Of a stretch of 64,000 bases of DNA, positions 53,341-63,851 are shown piece after piece. Positions within the stretch are counted from its first letter, which is position 1. Each line of letters begins with the position of its first letter. The DNA comes from Clostridia bacterium (GTDB lineage: Bacteria > Bacillota > Clostridia > Oscillospirales > CAG-272). The translations under genes and the position numbers were made by a program. A model generated the notes under the pieces. It searched no databases and was not told the DNA's origin. It saw only the letters and a program-made list of their open reading frames with translations. Where the stretch lies: NCBI GenBank assembly GCA_017938425.1, contig JAGBBQ010000033.1:9649-73648 (forward strand), written 5' to 3'.

Positions 53341-53571
53341 TCACGCAACGATGAAGCTCTTGATCCTTGCAAAAAACGCATCGCAGTTATCCGCGTGCGC
53401 CTGCAGCGTGATGGGAGAAAGAAGATCGAGAGAGAAAATACCCATTACACTCTTTGCGTCAACGACGTATCTACCCTGCACAAGATCCACCTCGTACTCG
53501 AGCATAATGACCTCTTTCACGAAATTTCTGACATCCTCGATGCCCTTCAAAACGATTTTAACTTCACACAT
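53341..53571 (-). CDS. HPr-fold protein lacking the phospho-histidine motif
   Basis: VDAKSVMGIFSLDL matches the HPr Ser46 region. There is no G-[IL]-H-A-R-P. Confidence 0.65.
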   Translation of the reverse strand: MCEVKIVLKGIEDVRNFVKEVIMLEYEVDLVQGRYVVDAKSVMGIFSLDLLSPITLQAHADNCDAFFARIKSFIVA

Positions 53572-53691
53572 TGTTGTGACCTCCGATTAAAAATTTTTCC
53601 ATTATTATTCTACCACAAAGCCCCTTCGCTTGTCAAGCATTGAGAAAAATATAACATACCCTCCGATTTACAATTTTTTTCGCAAAAATCA

Positions 53692-53720
53692 TTGACTTTG
53701 CGCACATTTTGTGCTATACT
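53692..53720 (+). promoter_or_regulatory. thrS leader promoter TTGACT-17-TATACT
   Basis: TTGACT is at 53692-53697 and TATACT at 53715-53720. Confidence 0.65.
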
Positions 53721-53726
53721 TACCCG

Positions 53727-53937
53727 TAGCGGAACAAGTCCATGGGATGCGGATAGCAAAGAGAGCCGTTGGTCGGTGCGAAACGGTGTATTTCTCCGAT
53801 GGGTACCGCCCGCGGTGTGTTTTTGCACAAAATTATATAGTTTTTCAATGAGTGAAACGCTCGGGTGGAACCGTGCGGACGCTTTTTTCGTCCACACCCC
53901 GATTGCAGAGGATGCAATCGGGGTGTGGCGTTTTTTT
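53727..53937 (+). promoter_or_regulatory. T-box riboswitch (Thr) controlling thrS
   Basis: Stem I elements are AGAGAG and GGTGCGAAA. The candidate specifier ACC at 53805-53807 is followed by G. The T-box sequence is GGGTGGAACCGTGCGG (53863-53878). The terminator is CCACACCCCGATTGC...GCAATCGGGGTGTGG plus T7 (53892-53937). Confidence 0.85.
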
Positions 53938-53966
53938 AGAATAATACAAGAATAGGAGATAGATTA

Positions 53967-55910
53967 ATGTTCCAGATCAAATTTGCAAGCGGCGAAATCT
54001 ACAACGCCGAGGCGGCTGTATCGGTCTTCGATGCGGCAAGCGCGCTCGGTATAATGTCCCGCGCGGTGCTTACCTGTAAGGTAAACGGCACGCTTTGCGA
54101 GCTTTCCACCGTCGTTTCCGAGGATGCGGAGGTCGCACTCTACACCTTTGAGAGCGAGGAGGGCAAGCACGTTTTCCGCCACACGGCGGCACATATTATG
54201 GCACAGGCCGTCAAGCGCCTCTACCCCGAAACGAAGCAGACCATCGGCCCTGCGACCGAGAACGGCTTCTTCCAGGATTTTGACAGCGAGGTATCCTTCA
54301 CCCCCGAGATCCTCAAGAATATCGAGGCAGAGATGAAGAAGATCGTGAAGGAGAACCTGCTGATCGAGCGCTCGGTACTGAAAAAGGACGAGGCGATCGC
54401 GCTGATGAAGCAGCTCGACGAGCCCTACAAGGTAGAGAGGATCGAGGAGCTCGGTGACGATGCGGAGCTTTCCTTCTACAAGCAGGGCGAATATATCGAT
54501 CTTTGCGCGGGCCCGCACCTTCACACGACCGGCGCCGTCAAGGCCTTCAAGCTGACGCAGTGCACCGGCGCTTACTACAAGGGCGACCAGAACAATAAGA
54601 TGCTTCAGCGCGTGTACGGCATCGCCTTCCCCTCCAAGGATGAGCTGAATGCTTACGTGACCGCGCAGGAGGAGGCACTCAAGCGCGACCATAACAAGAT
54701 CGGCCGCGAGCTTGAATATTTCACCACCGTGGATTCGATCGGTCAGGGCCTTCCCATCCTTCTGCCCAAGGGTGCAAGAACCGTGCAGCTGCTGCAGCGT
54801 TGGGTTGAGGACGAGGAGCAGAAGAGAGGCTACCTACTCACCAAAACGCCCCTGATGGCAAAGAGAGACCTTTACAAGATCTCGGGACACTGGGATCACT
54901 ATCTTGACGGCATGTTCGTTATGGGGGATCCCGATGACTATTCGAAGGAGTGCTTCGCGCTTCGCCCCATGACCTGCCCCTTCCAGTATCAGGTATATCT
55001 GAACAAGAAGCGCTCCTACAGAGAGCTTCCCATGCGCCTCGGCGAGACCTCTACCCTTTTCCGTAATGAGGACAGCGGCGAGATGCACGGCTTGATCCGC
55101 GTACGCCAGTTCACCATCTCCGAGGGACACCTCGTGCTTCGCCCCGATCAGCTCGCCGAGGAATTCAAGGGCTGCCTTGACCTCGCAAAATACTGTCTTG
55201 AATCCGTTGGTCTTTGGGAGGATTGCTCCTTCCGCTTCTCTCAGTGGGATCCCAAGAGAACCGACAAGTATGAGGGTACGCCCGAGCAGTGGGAGGAGGC
55301 GCAGGCCATTATGGGCGAGCTGCTTGACACCTACCTCGGCCGCGAGAACTACGTGATCGGTATCGACGAGGCGGCCTTCTACGGTCCCAAGCTCGACATC
55401 CAGTGCAAGAACGTATTCGGCAAGGAGGACACCATCGTTACCATCCAGGTGGATATGCTTCTTGCAAAGAAGTTCGGTATGGAATATACCGACCGCGACA
55501 ATACCCAGAAGACCCCCTACATCATCCACAGAACCTCGCTGGGCTGCTACGAGAGAACGCTGGCGCTGCTGCTTGAGAAGTATGCGGGCGCGCTTCCCGT
55601 ATGGCTCTCTCCCACCCAGGCGACCGTTATCCCCGTGGTCGGCGATTTCGCGGACTACGCGGCAGAGGTCGTGAACAAGATGAAGGCGGCAGGCATCCGC
55701 GCAGAGCTTGACGACAGAAACGAGAAGCTCGGCTACCGCATCCGCGAGGCGCAGATGTCCAAGGTTCCCTATATGATCGTCGTTGGCGACGAGGAGATGC
55801 AGAGCGGCTCCGTTACCGTGCGTGCGCGCATTGAGGGTGAGGGCGGCAAATTCTCCGTTGACGAGTTCATCGCCAAGATCAAAAACGAGATCGAAACGAA
55901 AAAGCACTGA
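53967..55910 (+). CDS. thrS: Threonine--tRNA ligase
   Basis: TGS, editing, class II core and anticodon-binding domains, 647 aa. RBS AGGAGA precedes it. Confidence 0.95.
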   Translation: MFQIKFASGEIYNAEAAVSVFDAASALGIMSRAVLTCKVNGTLCELSTVVSEDAEVALYTFESEEGKHVFRHTAAHIMAQAVKRLYPETKQTIGPATENGFFQDFDSEVSFTPEILKNIEAEMKKIVKENLLIERSVLKKDEAIALMKQLDEPYKVERIEELGDDAELSFYKQGEYIDLCAGPHLHTTGAVKAFKLTQCTGAYYKGDQNNKMLQRVYGIAFPSKDELNAYVTAQEEALKRDHNKIGRELEYFTTVDSIGQGLPILLPKGARTVQLLQRWVEDEEQKRGYLLTKTPLMAKRDLYKISGHWDHYLDGMFVMGDPDDYSKECFALRPMTCPFQYQVYLNKKRSYRELPMRLGETSTLFRNEDSGEMHGLIRVRQFTISEGHLVLRPDQLAEEFKGCLDLAKYCLESVGLWEDCSFRFSQWDPKRTDKYEGTPEQWEEAQAIMGELLDTYLGRENYVIGIDEAAFYGPKLDIQCKNVFGKEDTIVTIQVDMLLAKKFGMEYTDRDNTQKTPYIIHRTSLGCYERTLALLLEKYAGALPVWLSPTQATVIPVVGDFADYAAEVVNKMKAAGIRAELDDRNEKLGYRIREAQMSKVPYMIVVGDEEMQSGSVTVRARIEGEGGKFSVDEFIAKIKNEIETKKH

Positions 55911-55918
55911 GGAACGAA

Positions 55919-56809
55919 ATGAATTATACCATTAAGAACGAATATCTCGCCGCTACCGTTACGGATATCGGCGGCGAGACGCTCTCGATCAAGGATAAGG
56001 ACGGCAAGGAGTATATGTGGCGCGCAGATCCCGCGATCTGGGAGGACCGTGCCCCCCTGCTCTTCCCGATCTGCGGCGAGATCAAGGACGGATCCTATTC
56101 CTTCGGCGGCGTGACCTACCGTATGTCGGGGCACGGCTTTCTTCCGAGACTGCCTCTGACCGTTAAGGAGCAGACGGATGAAAAAATCGTATTCGAGGCA
56201 AGGGAAAGCGCCGAGACACTTGAAAAATATCCCTTCCGCTTCGCTCTTACGGTATGCTACGCGCTCGTCGGCAAGGCGCTCATGATGACGGCGACCGTGG
56301 AAAACACCGACGATAAGGAGCTTCCCTTTATGTTCGGCGGCCATCCCGGCCTCTCTCTTGCCGTTTCTCCCGAGGAGACGCTCGAGGGGCACCGCATCGA
56401 GTTCCCCGGCAAGGATGCGCTCGACATCCACTATCTGCAGAATATTTCCTTCGCAAATCCCAAGGCGGAAAAGCTACCCACCCCCGGTGGCGCGCTGATG
56501 CTCTCGGATGCACTTTTCGCTACCCCCGAGACCGATACGCTGATCCTTGCAAACGCGCCGCTTTCGGTAACGCTTGCCTGCAAGCAAAGCGGCAAGAGGG
56601 TGACCGTTTCGCGCAGCGAGAGCCTTCCCTTCCTTTGCATCTGGCGTATGATGGGCAAGGGCGCAGACTTCGTCTGCATTGAGCCCTGGTCGGGCATCCC
56701 CTCCGACGGCGTGACACCCGAGGTATTTGAGACGCGCGGCCATATGTGCCGTCTTGCTCCCGCACAGAAGAAGGAATTTTCCTACAGCATCGAGATCTCT
56801 TCCCTTTAA
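55919..56809 (+). CDS. Aldose 1-epimerase family protein
   Basis: LFPICGEIKDG...HGF...GGHPG...EPW blocks are typical of mutarotase-like proteins. Confidence 0.7.
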   Translation: MNYTIKNEYLAATVTDIGGETLSIKDKDGKEYMWRADPAIWEDRAPLLFPICGEIKDGSYSFGGVTYRMSGHGFLPRLPLTVKEQTDEKIVFEARESAETLEKYPFRFALTVCYALVGKALMMTATVENTDDKELPFMFGGHPGLSLAVSPEETLEGHRIEFPGKDALDIHYLQNISFANPKAEKLPTPGGALMLSDALFATPETDTLILANAPLSVTLACKQSGKRVTVSRSESLPFLCIWRMMGKGADFVCIEPWSGIPSDGVTPEVFETRGHMCRLAPAQKKEFSYSIEISSL

Positions 56810-56888
56810 TAACCCCGTATTTACGCGCCGAGGTCTGCTCATAAAAGCACCGTCGGCGCGTGCTATATATTCAAATAAGGAGTATATC

Positions 56889-58622
56889 TTGAAAAAGCTA
56901 TTCAAACATATGCGCGGATACGAAAAGGAGTGCATCCTCGGCCCGCTCTTCAAGCTTCTGGAGGCGACGCTGGAGCTGCTCGTTCCCCTCGTGGTTGCGG
57001 TGCTGATCGACAGAGGCATTGCGGGAGGCGACCGTCCGCTTGTGCTCCGTATGGCACTTCTGCTCGTTTTGTTCGGTGCGGTCGGCCTCTTCTTTTCCTG
57101 CATCGCGCAGTTTTTTGCCGCGAAGGCGGCGGTCGGCTTCGTTACCCGCATCCGCTCGGCACTCTTTTCACATATACAAACGCTTTCCTATGCGGAAAAC
57201 GACAGGCTCGGTACCTCTACGCTGATCACGCGCCTGACCGGTGATACCGCGCAGGTGCAATCCGGCGTGAATCTTTCGCTGCGGCTTTTGCTCCGCTCCC
57301 CCTTCGTGGTGTTCGGCGCGATGGTCATGGCGTTTTTCGTGGATGCGCGCTCGGCGCTTTGGTTCGTGGCGGTCATCCCGCTGCTTTCGGTCGTGGTGTT
57401 CGGCGTGATGCTTTGCTCTATGCCGCTTTATAAAAGGGTGCAGAGCAGGCTCGATCTTCTTCTGCGTGCAACGAGAGAAAACCTTTCGGGCACGAGGGTG
57501 CTTCGCGCCTTCACGGAGGAGGACGGCGAGATTCGCCGCTTCCGCGAGACAAACGAGGCGCTCACGGGCGAGCAGGTCCGCGTCGGCAAGGTTTCGGCAC
57601 TTCTCAACCCCGTCACCTACGTTCTTATCAACCTCGCCATTATCACGCTCATCTATACGGGTGCTCTGCGCGTGGAGGCAGGACAGCTTTCGCAGGGCGA
57701 GGTCATCGCGCTTTACAACTATATGTCACAGATCCTCATCGAGCTCATCAAGCTCGCCAATATGATCATTCAGATCACGAAGGCACTCGCCTCTGCAAAG
57801 CGCATCGAGGCGGTCCTTGAAACAAAGAATTCGCAGACGAGGGGCAACGCGGTTACTAAGGGCGAGGGCGAGGATGCGATCGTATTCGACCGTGTGAGCT
57901 TCACCTACCCCGGCGCAAAGGAGCCCTCTCTTTCGGATATTTCGTTCTCCGTTCGCCGCGGCGAAACGCTCGGCATCATCGGCGGAACGGGCTCGGGCAA
58001 GTCTACGCTCGCGCAGCTGATCGGCGGCTTTTACGGTGCGAGCGAAGGTGTGGTCGAGGTTCTCGGCCGTGACGTGCAGAGCTACGATGCGAAGGCACTC
58101 ACTAAATTTATCGGTATGATTCCGCAAAAATCGATCTTATTCCGCGGCAGTATCAGAGACAATATGAAGCTCGGCTGTCCCGAGGCAAGCGACGAGCAGA
58201 TCCTCTGTGCCGTAAAGATCGCCCAAGCGAGCGAGATCGTGGCAGATAAGGGCGGCCTTGACGCCGAGATCACCCAAGGGGCAAAGAACCTCTCGGGCGG
58301 TCAGCGCCAGCGCCTTGCGATCGCACGCGCGCTTGTGGGATGCCCCGATATCCTCGTCTTTGACGACTCCTCCTCTGCTCTCGATTTTGCGACCGAGGCG
58401 GCACTTCGAAGGGACCTTAAAACGCTTCCGGAGGGTATCACAAGGGTGATCATCTCCCAGCGTGCAAGCACGCTCTCGGAGGCGGATAAGATCCTCGTTC
58501 TGGATGACGGCAGGCTGATCGACGTCGGCACCTCGGAGGAGCTGCTTAGGCGCTGCTCCGTCTTCCGTGAGATCTACGAATCCCAGTTTGGTACGAGGGA
58601 GGGCGCAGAAAATGAAGCATAA
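56889..58622 (+). CDS. ABC exporter, fused permease/ATPase, subunit 1 of a heterodimer
   Basis: The TTG start at 56889 is preceded by AAGGAG. Six TM segments plus GGTGSGKST, LSGGQRQR and VFDDS. Confidence 0.85.
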   Translation: MKKLFKHMRGYEKECILGPLFKLLEATLELLVPLVVAVLIDRGIAGGDRPLVLRMALLLVLFGAVGLFFSCIAQFFAAKAAVGFVTRIRSALFSHIQTLSYAENDRLGTSTLITRLTGDTAQVQSGVNLSLRLLLRSPFVVFGAMVMAFFVDARSALWFVAVIPLLSVVVFGVMLCSMPLYKRVQSRLDLLLRATRENLSGTRVLRAFTEEDGEIRRFRETNEALTGEQVRVGKVSALLNPVTYVLINLAIITLIYTGALRVEAGQLSQGEVIALYNYMSQILIELIKLANMIIQITKALASAKRIEAVLETKNSQTRGNAVTKGEGEDAIVFDRVSFTYPGAKEPSLSDISFSVRRGETLGIIGGTGSGKSTLAQLIGGFYGASEGVVEVLGRDVQSYDAKALTKFIGMIPQKSILFRGSIRDNMKLGCPEASDEQILCAVKIAQASEIVADKGGLDAEITQGAKNLSGGQRQRLAIARALVGCPDILVFDDSSSALDFATEAALRRDLKTLPEGITRVIISQRASTLSEADKILVLDDGRLIDVGTSEELLRRCSVFREIYESQFGTREGAENEA

Positions 58623-60390
58623 CAAAACCGAAAGGCGCGGCACGCTCCGTGCGATCCTTCGCTATCTGAAGCCCTACCATCTACACATTCTCTTCTCTGC
58701 GCTTTTGGCGCTCGTGAGCGTTGCGATCTCCATCTACGTGCCGATCCGCATCGGCAACGCCATTGACCTCATCGTCGGCAAGGGGAACGTGGATAAGAGC
58801 GGCATTCTCGCCATTATGCTTGAGGTTGCGATCTTTATTCTGATCAGCGCCTTTGCGACCTTCACGATGACGAAGATCAACAACCGCGTGACCTACGGTG
58901 TTACGCGCGATATGCGCAACGAGACCTTTGAAAAGATCCAAACGCTTCCTATTTCTTATATAGATGGGCAGGCGCACGGCGACCTCGTTTCGCGTATGAT
59001 CGCGGACGTGGATCAGTTTGCGGACGGACTTTTGCTTGGATTTACGCAGCTTTTCACGGGTGTTCTCACCATCGTCGGCACGCTCGCCTTTATGATCGTG
59101 CTTGACTACCGCATTGCACTCGTTGTGTTCTTACTGACACCGCTTTCGCTCTTTATTGCAAGATTTATCGCGACGAGAACGCACGCGATGTTTACCGCGC
59201 AGTCCAAGGCGAAGGGCGAGCAGACCGCTCTGATCGACGAGATGATCGGAAATCAGAAGCTCGTGCACGCCTTCGGCTACGAGGATCGCGCGATCGAGCG
59301 CTTTGAAAAAGCGAACGGTGCTCTCTACAAGGCATCTCTGCGCGCGATCTTTTTCTCCTCCCTGACCAACCCCACCACCCGCTTTATCAACAACGTGATC
59401 TATGCGGCGGTGGCACTCGTCGGCGGCTTCACCTGCATTGCGACGGTCGGTACGGCTTCGCCCTTCACCGTCGGTATGCTTTCGGCGATGCTCGTCTACG
59501 TCAATCAGTACACCAAACCCTTCAATGAGATCTCGGGCGTGATCACCGAGTTTCAGAACGCGATCGCCTGCGCGGAGAGGATCTTTGCCATCCGCGAGCA
59601 AAGAAGCGAGGAGCCCGACAAGGCACAAGCCCCTGTGCTTTCCGATGCAAGGGGAGCGGTCGCTTTTGAAAGCGTTTCCTTCTCCTATACCGAAAAAAAG
59701 CCCTTGATCCGCGATATTTCACTCGATATCAAGGCAGGCTCGCATATTGCGATCGTCGGCCCAACGGGCTGCGGCAAGACCACGCTGATCAACCTTCTGA
59801 TGCGCTTTTACGACGTGAAGGGCGGTAAGATCAAGATCGACGGCAGGGACATCCGCGATTATACGAAAAAGAGCCTGCGCGACAGCTTCGGTATGGTGCT
59901 GCAGGACAGCTGGATCCGCAGCGCGACGGTGGCGGAAAACATTGCCATCGGATGCCCCGATGCATCGCGCGAGCAGATCATCGATGCGGCGAAGAAAACA
60001 CACGCGCACAGCTTTATCAAGAGGCTGCCGAACGGCTACGATACGCCGATCGGCGAGGGCGGCACGGAGCTTTCCGCGGGACAGAAGCAGCTGCTCTCCA
60101 TCACGCGCGTGATGCTGATCTCACCGCCGATGCTGATCCTCGACGAGGCGACCTCCTCGATCGATACGCGCACAGAGATCCTGATCCAGAAGGCATTCTC
60201 CGCTCTGATGGAGGGGCGCACCTCCTTTATCGTTGCGCACCGACTTTCCACCATCCGCGACGCGGATATGATCCTCGTTATGAAGGACGGCAACATCGTG
60301 GAAAGCGGCAGTCACGATTCCCTTCTCGCCGCCGGCGGCTTCTACAAGACGCTTTACCATAGCCAATTCGCCGGTGCAACCGAGGAATAG
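58612..60390 (+). CDS. ABC exporter, fused permease/ATPase, subunit 2
   Basis: The start MKHNKTERRG overlaps the upstream stop. GPTGCGKTT, LSAGQKQL and ILDEAT. Confidence 0.85.
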   Translation: MKHNKTERRGTLRAILRYLKPYHLHILFSALLALVSVAISIYVPIRIGNAIDLIVGKGNVDKSGILAIMLEVAIFILISAFATFTMTKINNRVTYGVTRDMRNETFEKIQTLPISYIDGQAHGDLVSRMIADVDQFADGLLLGFTQLFTGVLTIVGTLAFMIVLDYRIALVVFLLTPLSLFIARFIATRTHAMFTAQSKAKGEQTALIDEMIGNQKLVHAFGYEDRAIERFEKANGALYKASLRAIFFSSLTNPTTRFINNVIYAAVALVGGFTCIATVGTASPFTVGMLSAMLVYVNQYTKPFNEISGVITEFQNAIACAERIFAIREQRSEEPDKAQAPVLSDARGAVAFESVSFSYTEKKPLIRDISLDIKAGSHIAIVGPTGCGKTTLINLLMRFYDVKGGKIKIDGRDIRDYTKKSLRDSFGMVLQDSWIRSATVAENIAIGCPDASREQIIDAAKKTHAHSFIKRLPNGYDTPIGEGGTELSAGQKQLLSITRVMLISPPMLILDEATSSIDTRTEILIQKAFSALMEGRTSFIVAHRLSTIRDADMILVMKDGNIVESGSHDSLLAAGGFYKTLYHSQFAGATEE

Positions 60391-60402
60391 TAAAAATAGT
60401 AC

Positions 60403-60448
60403 AAATAAAATACGGATCCACCTTTTACGGTGGATCCGTATTTTATTT
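60403..60448. terminator. Bidirectional terminator with a 20-bp perfect stem
   Basis: AAATAAAATACGGATCCACC-ttttac-GGTGGATCCGTATTTTATTT lies between convergent genes. Confidence 0.85.
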
Positions 60449-60526
60449 AATAACAGAGAAATATGCGAAAAACTACCTTTCTTTTCTCGGTTAATAAAGC
60501 AATCGAAATCAATTCAACGGAACATA

Positions 60527-62752
60527 TTACTCAAAATTAAAGGTCAGCTGGGAAAGGGAGACGCCGGTGGTGGGGATCACGAGCTTGCGGCACTTCTGCG
60601 CATCCTCGCCGAGGCAATCCATATAGTCGGTCGCGAAATCGACCTTTGCCTTTCTCGTGAGCTGCAGGATCTGCACGCCCGCGGCGGTTCTGGTTGCCTT
60701 CTCGGGAATGAGCGAGCTCTTGATGAGCGCGCCCTTGCCGTTATCGCTGCGGATGAAGATCTGCAGGGTGGTCTTATCCTTCTCGTAGAATGCGCCGACG
60801 GGCTTCGAGACTGCGGAGAACGCGCCTGCGATCTTCTTGCGGCGGCTCTTCGCCACGTAGCAGGACATCGGCACGCGCACGCCCTTACCGTTCTCGAAGA
60901 TATAGACCATACGGTCCTCGGGCACGATATCCTTGATGCACTTGCAGCCGATGACGTGCTCGTCATCCTCCATATTCAGCTTCGCGGGGATATAGTCGCC
61001 CATCTGGGCGGCCTTCATCAGCTCAAAGTCTGCCACGTAGGCACGGTAGATCTGCCCCTTATCGGTGAAGAACAGAAGCTCGTCCTTATTCTCGGCATCC
61101 TCGGCGTAGACGATGAAGTCTCCCTCCTTGACGCGGTATTCCTCGGTGGAGCGCGTCGTCTGCATCGACATCTTCTTTAAGTAGCCGCCGTGCGTGTAGA
61201 CGACGCGGCAGGTATAGTTCTCAAAGAAGATATCCTGCTTGCTCTGCTTCTCCTCGACGACGTTCTCGACGATCGTGGTATTTCTCGGCTTGCCGTACTT
61301 CTTCTTGATGCCCTGCAGCTGGGCAATAATCTCCGCCTTGAGCTTGATCTCGTCGCGGATGATCTCCTTGAGCCTTTCGATATCCTTCTGCAGGGACTCG
61401 ATCTCGGCGATACGGTTCAGAATGTACTGGCGGTTGAGGTTACGGAGCTTGATATCCGCAATGTACTCTGCCTGCACGGTGGTGAGATTGAAGCCGCGAG
61501 CGAGATTGGGAACCACGTCCTCCTCCTTCTCCGTGCCGCGGATGATCTTGATCGCCTTATCGATATCGAGCAGGATGGCGGCAAGACCGAGCAGAAGATG
61601 GAGCTTATCCTCCTTCTTCTTCAGATCAAAGCTCATCTCGCGCTTCAGACACTCGGCGCGGAAGCGGATCCAGGCAAGAAGGATTTCCTTTACGCCCATC
61701 TGCTGGGGCGTACCGTCCACGAGAATATTGAAGTTACAGTCGAAGTTATTCTCCAGCTCGGTGGCGGCAAAGAGCTTCTTGAGGACGAGATGATGATCGG
61801 CATCGCGCTTCAGATCGAAGGTGAGCTTGAAGCCGTTGAGGTCGATCGCATCACGCACATCCACGACCTCGCGCAGCTTGCCCGTCTTGATCATATCGGT
61901 CGCCTTCTTCATAATGCCCTCGATCGAGGAGCTGTAGGGGATCTCCAAAAAGTCGATCGAATGCTCCTTGGCGTTGAACTCGTATTTCGCACGCATACGG
62001 AAGCTGCCCGTACCCGTTTCATAGATGCGGCGCATCTGATCGCGATCGTAGAGGATCTCCGCACCGCCGGGGAAATCGGGCGCCTTGATGATATCGAGAA
62101 GCCTTTCGGTGCCCGTATTCGGGTTCTTCAGCAAAGCGATCGTTCCGTCACAGATCTCCGCGAGGTTGAACGAGCAGATCGAGCATGCCATACCGACCGC
62201 GATACCGAGGTTCGGAGAGACCAGAATGTTCGGGAAGGTGGTCGGCAAAAGGATCGGCTCCTTCATCGTATTGTCGTAGTTCGGCACGAAGTCCACCGCA
62301 TCCTTATCGATGCCCGAGAAAAGCTCGTTGCAGAAGGGATCGAGCTTCGCCTCGGTATAACGCGAGGCGGCGTACGCCATATCGCGCGAATACTGCTTAC
62401 CGAACGAGCCCTTCGAATCGATGAAGGGGTGCAAAAGCGCCTCGTTACCGCGCGTAAGACGGACCATCGTCTCATAGATGGCGGCATCGCCGTGCGGGTT
62501 CAGACGCATCGTCTGGCCGACGATATTGGCACTCTTGGTCTTCTGCCCCGTCATAAGCCCCATCTTATACATCGTGTACAGGAGCTTGCGGTGCGAGGGC
62601 TTGAAGCCGTCGATCTCGGGAAGGGCGCGGGATATGATAACGCTCATCGCGTAGGGCATATAGTTCTTCTCCAGCGTTTCGGTGATCGGCTGGAGAGTGG
62701 CGGGCGCCTCGTTCTCCATTAAGTTTTCTTCTTGCTTTTTCTTTTTTGCCAT
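60527..62752 (-). CDS. Type IIA topoisomerase subunit A (ParC-like / GyrA paralog), 741 aa
   Basis: YAMSVIISRALPEIDGFKPSHRKLLYTMY and ASRYTE (catalytic Tyr region). The C-terminal beta-pinwheel is short. Confidence 0.85.
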   Translation of the reverse strand: MAKKKKQEENLMENEAPATLQPITETLEKNYMPYAMSVIISRALPEIDGFKPSHRKLLYTMYKMGLMTGQKTKSANIVGQTMRLNPHGDAAIYETMVRLTRGNEALLHPFIDSKGSFGKQYSRDMAYAASRYTEAKLDPFCNELFSGIDKDAVDFVPNYDNTMKEPILLPTTFPNILVSPNLGIAVGMACSICSFNLAEICDGTIALLKNPNTGTERLLDIIKAPDFPGGAEILYDRDQMRRIYETGTGSFRMRAKYEFNAKEHSIDFLEIPYSSSIEGIMKKATDMIKTGKLREVVDVRDAIDLNGFKLTFDLKRDADHHLVLKKLFAATELENNFDCNFNILVDGTPQQMGVKEILLAWIRFRAECLKREMSFDLKKKEDKLHLLLGLAAILLDIDKAIKIIRGTEKEEDVVPNLARGFNLTTVQAEYIADIKLRNLNRQYILNRIAEIESLQKDIERLKEIIRDEIKLKAEIIAQLQGIKKKYGKPRNTTIVENVVEEKQSKQDIFFENYTCRVVYTHGGYLKKMSMQTTRSTEEYRVKEGDFIVYAEDAENKDELLFFTDKGQIYRAYVADFELMKAAQMGDYIPAKLNMEDDEHVIGCKCIKDIVPEDRMVYIFENGKGVRVPMSCYVAKSRRKKIAGAFSAVSKPVGAFYEKDKTTLQIFIRSDNGKGALIKSSLIPEKATRTAAGVQILQLTRKAKVDFATDYMDCLGEDAQKCRKLVIPTTGVSLSQLTFNFE

Positions 62753-62795
62753 AGTGTCTCCTTTATCAAAGCCTTATCAAAAGGATATTTTTTAA

Positions 62796-63851
62796 TCAAA
62801 GCCGCACGATGGAGTGCGACGCGGCGCGGATCATACGGTTATAAAGCGCAAGTCCGATACCGCTCTTGCGCGGCAGGGGCGCGTAGATCTGCGTAAGAGG
62901 ATCCTTATCCATCAGGCGCAAAAGCTTAAAGAGCTCGTGTGCCTGGGTAAGCTCGTCCTCCCTTTTTCCGAACGAATAGATCCGTGCCTCGGGGAAGGCG
63001 GCGCGAAAGCGCGGAACATCCTCGTCATAGGCAATGATGCCGATGGCGGCGCTTCCCTCATTTTTAATGAAGCCGATGCATTTTTCCGCATCCCCCTCGA
63101 GGAGCGTGAGCGGCGCCGAGGGCGCATAGTGACGGTATTTCATTCCGGGAGACGGCGCGGCGGCGCCCTCCTTTAATTTCCCCGTTACCGCATCGGAGAT
63201 CGCGAGCGGCACACCCGTGGCCGCCTTCAGCTCCTCGGGCGTGATCCTGCCGGGGCGAAGAAGCGTGAGGCTCCCATCCTCCTCGATCTTCACGATCGTG
63301 GATTCAAGCCCGAAATCCGCGCTTCCGTCGTCCAAGATCATATCGACCCTGCCCATCATATCCTCCGCGACCTGGCGCGCATCGGTGGGCGATGGCTTGC
63401 CCGAAAGATTGGCGGAGGGCGCGGCAATGCATACCCCCGAAAGGCGGATCAGAAGATTCGCCACCGGATGGGCGGGACAGCGCACCGCGACCGTGGAAAG
63501 CCCGCCGCGCGTAGCAAGCGGCACGCTCTCCTTCGCCTTCATAACAACGGTGAGAGGCCCCGGCATAAACGCATCGGCAAGGGTCTTATAGATCGCGTCC
63601 GTTTCTGCGTAAAGCGAGGCATCCTCCGGCTGTGCGATATGTATGATCAAGGGGTTATCCGAGGGGCGCCCCTTGGCCTCATAGATCCTTTTGGCGGCAT
63701 CGGCACTCGTTCCGTCCGCACCGAGGCCGTAGACCGTTTCGGTAGGAAAAACGACGAGGCCGCCGTTTTTGATGCATTCGGCGGCAAGGCGGATGCCCTG
63801 CGTGCCTGCCTCGGTCTCAAAATCGACCTTTATATACTCCGTTTTCACCAC
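62796..63851 (-). CDS. tsaC: L-threonylcarbamoyladenylate synthase (Sua5/YwlC/TsaC type with a C-terminal Sua5 domain)
   Basis: [26 protein letters not shown]. The GTG start overlaps the prfA stop. Confidence 0.9.
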   Translation of the reverse strand: MVKTEYIKVDFETEAGTQGIRLAAECIKNGGLVVFPTETVYGLGADGTSADAAKRIYEAKGRPSDNPLIIHIAQPEDASLYAETDAIYKTLADAFMPGPLTVVMKAKESVPLATRGGLSTVAVRCPAHPVANLLIRLSGVCIAAPSANLSGKPSPTDARQVAEDMMGRVDMILDDGSADFGLESTIVKIEEDGSLTLLRPGRITPEELKAATGVPLAISDAVTGKLKEGAAAPSPGMKYRHYAPSAPLTLLEGDAEKCIGFIKNEGSAAIGIIAYDEDVPRFRAAFPEARIYSFGKREDELTQAHELFKLLRLMDKDPLTQIYAPLPRKSGIGLALYNRMIRAASHSIVRL

